Part shown: piece by piece, positions 13,101 to 24,466 of the stretch
Layout: each line of letters opens with the position of its first letter
How positions within the stretch are numbered: position 1 is the stretch's first letter
Origin: Pseudogymnoascus verrucosus
Taxonomy: Eukaryota
DNA length: 64,000 nt
Direction: 5' to 3' (one strand)
NCBI GenBank assembly: GCA_001662655.1
Contig: KV460206.1
Notes under the pieces: model-generated
The model's database searches: none
Seen by the model: only the letters and a program-made list of their open reading frames with translations
Told to the model about the DNA's origin: nothing
Position numbers and translations under genes: made by a program

Positions 13101-16100
13101 CATAGTAAAGAAAGTCGTCCATCGTAGCACTCCATGAACAGTACAACCCCCTCCACCCAATCCAACCAGGCAACACAAGTACCCTCCCTCACTCCCTTCC
13201 CTTCTCTCTCTCCCAATACAGTAATCCCACCACCTCCACCACCTCCACCACCAAGACTTCAAGCCCATCAAGCCCATCAAGGTTTTCTCTCTTTCTCTCT
13301 TCTCTTCCCCACCTCGTCATCCCACACCCACACTCCACATCCACTTACTTACCAACGCCCGCCCGTTAATTTCTTGGCGCGCATAGGCAAGCACACTTGC
13401 GCCTGATTACTCACACACCAATATATGCCTGAACCGGCTGCAGTGATAGCCGCTTCCCTTTCTTTCTCCTCGCTTATTACTGATTATGGACACTTACATA
13501 TGCACACATAGGTACTGTAGAGTGGGATGTATGTGGGAAGGGGGGATATGCTGTAGAGCGTGCATGCATGCAGGTAGGGAGATGGATATATGGACGTACT
13601 GCCAGTTAGAGAGCATGCGAGCAGGTACTCGGTGGTCCGTGACATTTCAGACAGAGAGACGTACAGATATACAGATATACAGACATACTACTTTCATAAC
13701 TAATATGTGTATCTCCTCTCGCACGATAAGGGTCATGGGAGACGCCTAGTCAACGCCTACCAGACGACCGACAGAACAGACACCTGCCAAGTGCCGTCCC
13801 ACCCGTGCGAGTGCCGGTGCTGGTTACTGAGTAACCAGAGTAGCACAACAACGCCTTACTATAGGACTATAACACCAACTATAACACTTTACTCGAGTCC
13901 TCGGTGGATTGTGGATGAGCCGAGTAGGTCGGGCATGTGTTACCGGACTGAGTGTGTTACTAAGGATACCGAGAACTGAAAGATCTAGAGTACTGTACGG
14001 AGGTATATGTGTTTGCGTGTGTGATATTTGCGCTGGTTTGTGTGTTTGTGTGCGAGGCTTATTTGCTGGCTGGCTACTGTACCCTACCTACATTACTGGG
14101 TGTGCTTCTGTGCTTGTGTAATGGGTGTTCACGTGGTCGTTCTACAGAGTTGGGTTGTTTCCTATTTACACTTTACACTTCAGGGTTACCTGCATTGGGT
14201 AACGTAACGATGGGTGTATGGTATGGTATGGGGTGCTTTATGCTTTGTGTTTTGTACTCTGTACGCTGCTCTGTCTCTGTACGCCGTCTCTGTCTCTGCC
14301 TCCTCTATACGCCGTCTCTGTCTCTGCCTCCTCTCCTCTATACGCGTATACCTGTGTGTCAACTACAGTACTCTCTGACTGTCCAAACCTCACATCAACA
14401 GCAACAGCAACAGCCACCACCACCACCAAGCCCACAACCACCAGTCCAGACCCTCCTTAACTCTTGGTACATGCACATCCTAGGGCAACAGGGATAACCT
14501 TCTTCCCGCTGTCTCAACTATCCAGAGATATGCAGACATAACGTTATGCAAGCCCACCCGCCCCGGAACTACGGCAACCCCCTCCCCCCATAAGCGCAAA
14601 ACCCTATGTCCGAGGCGGCGGGTGTGTTGACGGATTGTGGATACTTTTTTGGTTGTTTGAAGTACTGTTACTCTCTTTTTTTTCTTGCAACAGTGTGGGG
14701 TTGTGGGCCGGGGTGGTGCTCGGGAGGGTTCTAGTGGGTTTTAGTCGGCTTACTGGGTTTGCTTGTAAGCAGGGGGGTGACTGCTTCGTCATCGTGAGTG
14801 ATGATGAGGCCGCTAAGCTTGGCGATGGGTAGTACAGAGAGGTAGGGGGTGATGACAGGGTGGAAGGGGAGGGGGATTGGATGCGAGTACGAAGGTCGAA
14901 ACTAGATGCACGGCGTACGGCGTTACTGTTTGGAGAGGACAGAGATGGCTTGGTATTATTGCTGTGCTGGGCTGGGCGCCGCGTCTTTGGAGAGATGCTG
15001 GCTGCAGAGGCCCAATCGGACAGCGGCAGCGGGAATACGAAAGTTTGTTTGTTTGGGAAAGGAAAGGTGTACGGTATGGCACGCGAGTACGAAATGTACG
15101 AAATGTACGAAAGTTACGACGGGAAAGTGCGAAGATGCATCGAGAAGATGCATCGAGATGTTTACACTGCGCTACATCCATGGTATGGCGTCGCATCACC
15201 AACTAACCTCGTCGTCGATGCTACCGCGGCACATATTGTACTGTATACCACCAACTAATCATGGCATGGCATGGCCAACACGCAAATCACCGCAGATATG
15301 TCACCACGAGTAATCAGAGATACGGCATACAAACACTACTGCACCATGCCTCACCCCAAAGGGCGCACTTTATCCCCATCCCTCCCCCACACACGTGCAG
15401 CTAGCCACACGCAGAGGGAGAGTAATCAACCACAACCACCTCCTCCGCGCACAAACTGCCTCACACAGCCAACCCCTCCGCCGATGACTCAGTCCCTCCT
15501 CCCTCAGTAAGCCGCTCAGTCAGCATGCCACACCAGTACAGTGGCACCACCACCAACCACCACACACACCCAAGCGCGCACGCAACGCCCGCCCCACGCC
15601 CGCCCTCGTCGCCCGCCGTCGTCGGTCGACCGAAGGGCGTATGTGTGTTCTGGTCCCATGGGTGGATAGCTAGCGCCACACCATCTTGATTGGAACATTT
15701 CCCGATCTCACTTCCCACTTTCTTCTTTCCCCGGTTTTTTGGCATCACATCGCGTTGGAATCATCCAATGTGAGAGGTGATTTATTTACGGGTGGAAGAG
15801 GAAGTGACAGTGACATGATGGATGATACCTGTATACTGTATACTGTACTGTACTGTACTGTACACCGGCGGAGAGTAGAGACGGCAAAAAAAATCACGCC
15901 CCCACGGAAAGCACCCACGGACCACAGACGAAACTCGGTAGACGGCACGCGCGGGTTACGGCTCGCTCGTCGACCACCGATCGATTTTCGATCAGGAGTC
16001 CTGTCTAGATGGCTGGCTGGTTGGGTCTGTCTGTCTGGGTCTGGATGGGTGGTCTGGGTGGATGGATGGGTGCGGATTAGAGTTTTGCATCAAGCAGCCG

Positions 16101-17291
16101 TTATCACCCGTTTTCGTCTCCATCTGATGTCTCCATTTCCATCATCCCATCAGAAACTTCGCACTCCACCACGAAAACACTCACTTAAAACTCCACAACC
16201 CTCCTATATCCACCCACCGCTGTGCCGATTTCCCATCCCTCATCAATCACGCGCCAACACACGCGCGAGTAATCAAATAGCCCACTCACCCCTATCCAAA
16301 TCAGCACTTAAACCGGAACTCCTCGCTCCCCCTCGGCGCCGCGTCGGGCCCGAACCGCCGTCGTCGGCCGAGCTGCTGGGTTGGGGCGGTCAGGTCAGGT
16401 TGGGTCATGCTTTGATCGGCGCCTTCAGGTTGCTCGCTCACTTGCTCACGCACCAGGGGGGTATATAGTTCAGGGGTCGATTCTCTCGAAGTAGTGGGGT
16501 GTTCCCTCCCATCCCGTTCTTAAAATGCTTGAGTCTGGATGCGATGCATGCATCCTTGATGGCGGGCAATGACAGCGAGGGGGGGTTGTGTTGATGACAC
16601 GGTTTACTGGTAGTGGTACAGTCAGCAGCAGCGACCTCCTAGACTGACTGCGCGCGCACAGATGATGAGGAGGGTAAATGCCTCACCACCCACTGCCCGC
16701 GTGTGTTCAAATCCCACGGAGTCTCCAGGTAGGTAGGTACTATAGCTCTGGCCAAACCTCCATGGAGATTCCACGGCCAAACCTCACTCCCCTTTCCACC
16801 CTACCCACCTGCCATCCATCCAGCAATGCCTCGGGGTTCGGACTCTTGGCCTCGTCCCATCTCCGTCCTCCTTACCCTACCCTGTCCTTTACTGTACTGT
16901 AAATTCAAATACTACCCACTGCGCCGTCCAGACGCGTCGATCCCGACGTGTCAAAGGATCCGATCCGTGCAGCTGTGCATAAAGAAATATGTAGACACGG
17001 GAGCGGAGCTATAGAAATCCCCGTGCCTGCTGCGCGCGGGTGGCTGTTGTTCCGGTGTCTTGGCGGAGGGATTATCTTGGCGTAAGGCTGAAGATTTTGG
17101 GGGAGGTGCTGGTGGTGGGGGAACGATGATCCGGGATCTATCACGTGATTGCTGTTTCCGCCCAGGCAGAGATTCCGCTCCGCTCCGCTCCGCCAATCGA
17201 GATAGCTTCAACCACCGAGCTCCAGGGACGGGCGTCCCCAAAAAAAAAATATATACCACGCCCAGGCGCGAGTTTCACGACGACGAACGAA

Positions 17292-18698
17292 ATGACGACT
17301 ATCACACCCCCAGGGGCAGGCTCGGGGACAGCAGCAGCAGCAGCAACAGCAGGCTCCTCCTCCTTCCTCCCCCTCGACACCCTCTTCTCCAACCCCCTCT
17401 TCGCTGGGGGTCTCGGTCTCGCATCTCTAGGCTACGCAGCTACGCTTGCAAGGCGGGTCGCCATCCGCTCCGGCGCGCTGCTGAAACGACGATTACTTGT
17501 TTCGCTTGAGGTTTCGAAGAATGATGATGCGTATCCTATGTTACTAGCTTGGTTATCGCTGCATCGCCCGCCGACGAACAGGGTTGCGGCGGCGTTGACG
17601 AGGGTTCATGATCTTAGCATGAGGACTGCGCGCCGGCCGCTGGGGAATGGAGAGGTGGCTACGACGTTTTTGTTGCAGCCTGGGTATGGGCGGCATGTTG
17701 TGCGGTTTGGGGGGGCGTATCTGGCGGTGCATAGGGAGAGGAAGGCGAGCGCGAATCTCAACACCGGCGAGCCCTTCGAGACATTAACGCTCACGACGCT
17801 GTACGCGCACCGCCACGTCTTCGAGGACTTATTCGGCGAAGCATACGCCCTCTCCGCCAAGGCAGGGGAAGATCGCACACCCGTCCTCTCCGCCTCTGGG
17901 ACAGGCTGGGCGCCCTTCGGCGAGGCGAGGAGGAAACGGCCGTTGGGGAGCGTAATATTGGATAAAGGTGTTGCGGAACGGGTACTAGATGATGTGCGCG
18001 AGTTCTGGGCAGCGAGGGAGTGGTACGAGCAGAGGGGGATACCGTATCGACGGGGTTACCTCCTCCATGGTCCCCCGGGGAGTGGGAAGAGTTCGTTTAT
18101 ACTGGCCTTAGCTGGGGAGGTGGGGTGTGGAGTCGCTATTGTGAATTTGAGTGAGAGGGGGTTGACGGATGAGAGGTTGAGTGTTTTGCTTTCTAAGGTT
18201 CCGCCGAAGACAATATTGTTGCTGGAGGATGCGGATGCGGCGTTTGTGGAAAGGAAGGGGGGGGATGGGGGGTGGGGCGGTGTGACGTTCAGTGGGTTGC
18301 TGAATGCACTTGATGGTGTTGCGGGGGGGGAGGAGCGGGTAGTCTTCCTGACGACGAATTGGGTGGGGAGGTTGGATGAGGCGCTCGTGAGGCCGGGGAG
18401 GGTGGATGTCATTGAGTGTATTGGGTCCGCTACTGAGTGGCAGGCTGGGGAGTTGTGGGATAGGTTTTATGGCCGGGAGGCGGAGGTGGAGGAGGGTGTT
18501 GTGGTGGAGAAGAGGGATACGGGGAGGGAGAGGTTCGTGAGGAAGTTGAAGGAGGAGGGGGTGCTGGAGAGGGGGATTAGTATGGCGGCGCTGCAGGGGC
18601 TGTTTTTGGTTAATAAGGGGGATGCGGAGGGGGCGATTCGGGGGGTGGAGACGTTGCTGCCGAAGGAGATGGAGAGGAAGGGGGAGATGGGGAGGTAG
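17292..18698 (+). CDS. BCS1: Mitochondrial AAA chaperone BCS1
   Basis: N-terminal TM FAGGLGLASLG, BCS1_N (PGYGRH..PFETLTLTTL), RGIPYRRGYLLHGPPGSGKSS, LLLED, SGLLNALDGV, RPGRVD; first ATG at 17292; intronless. Confidence 0.95.
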   Translation: MTTITPPGAGSGTAAAAATAGSSSFLPLDTLFSNPLFAGGLGLASLGYAATLARRVAIRSGALLKRRLLVSLEVSKNDDAYPMLLAWLSLHRPPTNRVAAALTRVHDLSMRTARRPLGNGEVATTFLLQPGYGRHVVRFGGAYLAVHRERKASANLNTGEPFETLTLTTLYAHRHVFEDLFGEAYALSAKAGEDRTPVLSASGTGWAPFGEARRKRPLGSVILDKGVAERVLDDVREFWAAREWYEQRGIPYRRGYLLHGPPGSGKSSFILALAGEVGCGVAIVNLSERGLTDERLSVLLSKVPPKTILLLEDADAAFVERKGGDGGWGGVTFSGLLNALDGVAGGEERVVFLTTNWVGRLDEALVRPGRVDVIECIGSATEWQAGELWDRFYGREAEVEEGVVVEKRDTGRERFVRKLKEEGVLERGISMAALQGLFLVNKGDAEGAIRGVETLLPKEMERKGEMGR

Positions 18699-19468
18699 TG
18701 GGGGTAGAGGGGTTGTTTGATTATGATGATGGCGTTTTGGGTGGTTGGGGGGGGTATATAGATGGGGATAGATTTGTACGAAATTTTCAGAGGATGTGTA
18801 GAATAGTGTAGCATAGCATATAATAATACCCCATTGACGCTATGAGATGTCTATAAATACAACAGCCAGGAGTTATGTATTTGGTTCTTCGGACACCAGT
18901 AAACACAATTTCGATGCCAATTTCACTGTCAACCATCTCAATCATGGGCGAGTTGCTTTGCCAGCCACGGCTGGTTTCTTCTCGGGCATCTCGACTGTAG
19001 TCTCACCACCGTCCCCTTCTCACTGTCGCCCCTTTCCTTCTTGCTGTCACCGCACTGGCTGTAGTCGCGGCATTCCTGTCACCGCCACTGCCCCGGTGCA
19101 TATCCTACGGATGTCTCTTTGCTCACGTCGAAGAGGAGCCTGGCCTTTCTGGATCTGTCGAACCCGTTGTCCAAGTCCTACATTGGTCCAGTCACAATTT
19201 GAATGCCAGCTGCTCGGGTAAGATTCTCATGACCACCAGACCTGATTGTTTATATAACCAATCTGTTAGTGACGCCTTCCCTTGATTGGGCGGAATTACA
19301 AGATACAACTTAGTTCTCGGATTCGTATCTCAAATCACAGCGATACAACACATCGTCTCCATGAAAACAGGCCAGCGGCATAATATAATCACCGCATACC
19401 GACTCCATTCCCTATCTAATTCTTACACACCCCCGCGCCCCACGCCCACCCCCAAGCCAGCGCCAAAT

Positions 19469-20977
19469 CTACGCATAGAACCCAATCGTCTCCTTCTTCT
19501 TACTCTGTACCTCCGCAATCGCATCCACATAATGCTCATGACTAATCCTGCTCCTCCCATTCCTCAACGCGATCATCCCGGCCTCCACACACACCGCCTT
19601 CAACTGCGCACCCCCAAACTCATCCGTGCTCCTCGCCAACTCCGCCCAGTTCACCGCATCATCCACCGTCATCTTGCGACTGTGGATACGCATGATCTGC
19701 GCGCGCGCCTCCTCGTTCGGGAGGGGGAATTCGATTTTACGATCTAGACGACCCGAGCGCAGCAGCGCGGGGTCGAGGACGTCGATGCGGTTGGTGGCGG
19801 CGAGGACTTTGATGCGGTCATCCGATGCGAAGCCGTCGAGCTGGTTGAGGAGTTCGAGCATGGTGCGTTGGACTTCGCGGTCGCCGGACTTCTCGGAGTC
19901 GAAGCGCTTGGTGCCGATGGCGTCGAGCTCGTCGATGAAGATGATTGCGGGGGCCTTCTCTTTGGCGAGCGCGAAGCAGTCGCGGACTAGCTTGGCGCCG
20001 TCGCCGATGAACATTTGCACGAGTTGGGGGCCGGCGAGCTTGAGGAAGGTGGCGTCGGTTTGGGCGGCGCAGGCGCGGGCGAGGAGGGTCTTTCCTGTGC
20101 CGGGGGGTCCGTACATGAGGGCGCCTGGGGGGAGTTAGTATTAGTTTGTTATATTTTGTATTTGGGGATGGACACGTACCCTTTGGTGCCTTGATGCCGA
20201 TCTTCTTGAAGCGCTCTGATTGCTTCATGGGCCAGACGATGGCCTCCACCAGCTCCTCAATCTGCTTGTTCAGTCCTCCGACATCTGTGTACTTCTCCGT
20301 TGGCTTCTCATCAACCTCCATAGCCTTGACTCTGCTATCGTACTCGGCAGGTAATGTGTCCAGTACGAGATATGAGTCCTTGTTCACACCAATCAGATCT
20401 CCCGGCTTCAGCGTCTCGGGGTCGACCAGCCCGATCAATGGGAGGAATATCGTTTGCCGCGTCGACGTCTTGATCACCGCCGACTTCCCCACCCTCGTCG
20501 CATCGAGATCGATGTTCGCGCCCTCCTCCTTGGATTCCTCCGTCGGGTCGAGATCGAGAAGCTCAACCACGTTTCCGACTAAATACGGTAGTTGCCTGGA
20601 ACACCAAACGTTAGCCCCATATCAAACAAATACCACCGTAAACCACCCAGAAAGACGTGCCTGTTGTTCTCGATCTTCTCCAGGTTATCCTTGATCTTCT
20701 CGTTCATGTTCGACTTCTCGTGCGACAGGCGCTGGAACTCGCTCCTCATGATCCGGGTGTCGTTCTCGATGAGCTTCCTCCGCGTGTCGATGTCCTGTGT
20801 CGACAGCGCCTCGATCTCCTCAAATATCGGGTCCTCCTCCTCGGGCTCGGCGTCCTTCATCTCGGCGTCGCCGCCCTGCTCGGGCTTCTTCTTGTCCTTG
20901 TCGCCATCCTTGTCTCCGTCGTTCTTGTCGTCCTTCAGCTCCCTCTCGATGTCGTCGAGATCTTCGAGTGTGGCCAT
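19469..20977 (-). CDS. RPT5: 26S proteasome regulatory AAA-ATPase subunit 6A
   Basis: [44 protein letters not shown]-terminal HbYX FYA; introns 20596..20660 (GC-AG) and 20125..20179. Confidence 0.97.
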
Positions 20978-21170
20978 GGTGAATTAGGTGGTGGGTTATT
21001 AGTGGTACAGGGGTTGATGGGTTCGTGGAGAAGAGGATGGATGGCTCGTCGTTGGAATTGTGGTTTGGGTAGTTATTGAGGTGCAGTGAGCTCCATGGCG
21101 GCGAGCTTCCAACGCGGCTAGCTTGCCAGCTGTGTGTAAGCGAATCGCTGAGGCAGAATACTGACGCGTA

Positions 21171-21182
21171 AGTCACGTGACT
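21171..21182. promoter_or_regulatory. Perfect palindrome AGTCACGTGACT (E-box, Cbf1/bHLH-type site) upstream of RPT5
   Basis: 12-bp palindrome containing GTCACGTG about 195 nt upstream of the RPT5 ATG; ACGCGT lies adjacent at 21164..21169. Confidence 0.45.
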
Positions 21183-21515
21183 GTGTATATTTCAGGCAGG
21201 CGAAACTATTATCACGAGGCCAGTGTGCACTTCTCAATTATGAGTTGTCATAGTTCGCCCATACCAAATGGGTCCATGTACAATAGAGATACGAGGATAG
21301 TTCAAGCTGAGGATGCCTGCATATCCCCATGGGGGAGAGGTCGGGGCAAATGGAGCCATCCATTCATCCATCCTAGTGTAACTATGGAAGTGATGTTCAC
21401 AAAGAGAGAGCAAATCAGACGGTCAACGGACAGTTAAATCAAAGACTAAACTACAGACTAAGAATTCTTGAAAAAATTACCACATCCAAAGATTGCGTAA
21501 GGAAGATTTCCATTC

Positions 21516-22268
21516 CTAAACTCCTTTCCATTCTAAGACCAGACTAAGCTTGCAATGCCCGTGTTTGCAACCCTCGCACAGAGCACTTTCATGTGGACGC
21601 TTACTCCCACGAACCGTATAAGAGGGTCGATCCATCTCTATACCACTCCACTTTTTGAGACGATATGCAATTCTCTTTGCGTATGAATCATCCGGGAATG
21701 GTTGACTAAGACTTCCACAACTTTTGCAGCGTTGGTGATAGACTCGGGCATTGTATTGTTGTTCAGAGTACATTCGTATCGTAATTGCAATTATATTGCT
21801 CGCCCATCCGGCTTTGGGGCAAACTTCATTCAAGCATTTGAAGCGTCCCATGATATTAGTATCGTATTCTTCAATAGATCCTTTGTCCTCGTCGATTGCG
21901 AAGAAAGTAAAGGAGAGATCGTCCTCCTCTAATAGGTGGCTTACACTATCGTGCAATGCTGGATACATAGACCACGATTTATCTAAACCTCGCGCTTTCG
22001 GCTTTTGTCTCCTCCGTGATTTTGGCGCTCGGTGCGACGTAGCCAGAGTTCCGGACTCAGCATTTCTTGCTGCAGATGGAAGAGAAGTGTCCCATTGTTC
22101 AGTGCTTGATAATTTGGGTGAGCTTCCTTCTGCATTGAATCGGCGATTAGCTCGGGGTTTCGGTATCGGTTTGTCGTTCTTGACGTGTATGACTTTTGAA
22201 TCCTTATCACCTTGCGACGGACTAAGATCCAGGGCCTTCATCGACGCTAACAAGTTTGATGAAGACAT
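21516..22268 (-). CDS. 3CxxC-type zinc-binding domain protein (zf-3CxxC / RTP-like)
   Basis: YDTNIMGRFKC...C..GW, YNARVYHQRCKSC, HESALCEGCKHGHC; intronless ORF with low-complexity N-terminus. Confidence 0.85.
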   Translation of the reverse strand: MSSSNLLASMKALDLSPSQGDKDSKVIHVKNDKPIPKPRANRRFNAEGSSPKLSSTEQWDTSLPSAARNAESGTLATSHRAPKSRRRQKPKARGLDKSWSMYPALHDSVSHLLEEDDLSFTFFAIDEDKGSIEEYDTNIMGRFKCLNEVCPKAGWASNIIAITIRMYSEQQYNARVYHQRCKSCGSLSQPFPDDSYAKRIAYRLKKWSGIEMDRPSYTVRGSKRPHESALCEGCKHGHCKLSLVLEWKGV

Positions 22269-22759
22269 AGTGCTTTGGATTTCGAACGCTGCAAACAGTA
22301 TCTGTGGAAATATTTCTACAAGTTGTTAGTATTGAACTGAGTAAGTAAAATGATTGAATTGCTTACATAGAAAATTATGGGACTATGGAAATACAGGATC
22401 CTTATATAGTACTGCTGTCGTTCCTGTGCCTCCTAGAGTAATTCACCATCATGGCACTCGTAAGAATAAAGGGAGGATTGATTAACTTATATGTACTAAA
22501 CTCAACAAATGCCATCCATAGGAATGCCCGATAGCCTCGTTGGGTATACTCAACAAAACAGTTAAAGGATCAAGGTTTCTTAATGGAGCATTGTTGTTTT
22601 AATGTTACACAACAGGTGCGGGGTAATATGAGGTGATACTCTGCCCGAGCTCGTAGCCAATCTGAAGTCATAGAGTAGCCAGTGTGTCTCATTAAGGTAT
22701 ACAGAGAACCCGAAGAAAGACCCGCAGTAATAGGCACGAAGGAGCTCAAATTTGTTCGC

Positions 22760-22873
22760 CTGAGGAAGTGAGATGTCTTCGCAGACTCTAAGATCCCGAA
22801 GTTGGTCGATAGTGCGAAGTACTCGAATACGGTCAGGTGTATCAAGGTCTTCCATGGCTAACTTCCGAGTCAT
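22760..22873 (-). pseudogene. Remnant of the N-terminus of a dynamin/Mx-like GTPase
   Basis: RVLRTIDQLRDLRVCEDISLPQ resembles the helix + LPQ that precedes the G1 motif of dynamin-family GTPases; no GDQSSGKS found downstream. Confidence 0.55.
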
Positions 22874-23626
22874 TTTGCTGGCAAGGTTTCACGGTATGGT
22901 CAACCGGTAAACTTGGGGGGAATGCTCAAATCACAGTGAGCCTTCTGAATTAGAAGCGATTGTCTCTGTGTATGACACCGCATCACTCTGGTGCTGACTT
23001 TCAATCCAAGACTGGCAATATAGAGCCATGTTTGTTGTGTCGACTTCACCGTAGGCAGTAATATAATTTAAACCTGAGTTATAGAACCGATTGCCCTTGC
23101 TATTGTATACAGTGTGGCGAGAATCAGTCAAAGATCAGCAATATAAAGTCATGTTGTCTCGCCGTCACCATAACTGTTGTGAAACGTTATGTTTTGTATC
23201 ATGTGTCGCAGAAATGAGTCAGCTTGAGAACTTCTCGCCGTGTCAAACGGTTAATACGCTGAAGGGGGAAAGATTGCATTGAGCAGGCACTAGCAGAGGT
23301 CTTACCAGTTGGGTGGTGTAAGGCGCTCTAACACGTCGCCGGAGATCTGTAAATACCTGTCGCTGCGATGCTGCAAAAGCTCCGCGGTCTGGATGATCAG
23401 ATTGAGCGAGTTGTCAGACAAGTCGTCCATATTTGTTCGGTATTCCTCGGACCGGTATCGATGAATTGAAATCCATCTCTGCCTAGGGAGGTCGCTGGAG
23501 GTCTTGGCCTTGGGATGCAAGTATGCGTTGGCGCGAAGAATCAACTTACCTGAATGGCTGGAGACTTTATACCATGCAACCGAGAGATTGACAGTGAAGG
23601 AATGAATCGTGCTGGATAAAAGTTGC

Positions 23627-24127
23627 TCATTGAAATCCCCGTCGCAACCTCTCCAAGTCCTGGGCTTTCATCTCACGCAAGATCGCCTGCTTCACGTGGA
23701 GCAAACCTCGACAATGACACCCACTACTATGGCCCAGATATCTAAGTTGAGAGGTAATTGTATCGCTGGAAGGATGTTCTGTGCTCTTTTCTAGTGCGTC
23801 AAAAGCTATGCTTGTCGTAACGAGTCGCGTTTGTTGTCCGTAGTCTGCGGCACCTTCTGCAAGCACAGCCGTAAAATGTACTCCTACTCCATTGCACAGG
23901 TCTATATAGGCCCCAGTCGAGTGCTTGCTTAGTTGTTTATTGAACAGTGCAGCCTTTCCAGCTGTTAAGATACTCCCTTGGTACAGGTCCTCTGGTTTTG
24001 TTATGAGCTTGACATCGGTTGGGAGAATTGTAAGCTCACGAATGTGACTGGCTAACTTCTCCCTGCACTCAGTTCGCCATTTGGCCCTTTCCTGGTTGCT
24101 GGTTCGAGGGCAGTTCATTTTTAACAA
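23627..24127 (-). other. Uncharacterised, probably degenerate fungal ORF
   Basis: Protein-like N-terminal ~90 aa (CPRTSNQERAKWRTECREKL..LSKHSTGAYIDLCNGVG); the remainder looks frameshifted; no domain recognised. Confidence 0.35.
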
Positions 24128-24466
24128 TTACATATTTTACTGCCGCTATAGCGCCATGTTATATTTACGTGGTCGTAGTGGTTTACTTACGCGTGGTGCA
24201 CCTTGCAGCAGAAAACTGAGGTGTGTAGTCAACATCTGATATCACCGGGTGGTGACCAGCAGATCGCTGCTCTTTCAAATTGTGAGCCATTATCTCCGTC
24301 AGCTTATTGCCACTCTTTCACGGGCATAGATGGTAACCGGACGTGGGATTTAAGCCACTGTTGAATACCAACTGAGACGTAAACTTCATTTCAGAGTGAC
24401 GACGATTTACACTACGCCAACATAGCGCTATGCTGGACTCTCATTCTTCTGTATCCAACGTACTCC

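Noticed and set aside
11600..16500. Numerous 60-260 aa ORFs
   Set aside because: Low-complexity translations of microsatellite-rich DNA with no domain motifs or codon bias
17145..17291. N-terminal extension of the BCS1 ORF
   Set aside because: Begins at a GTG and contains a TATA-like A-tract; the first ATG is at 17292
18847..19230. Short ORF between convergent BCS1 and RPT5
   Set aside because: No recognisable motif in any frame I read
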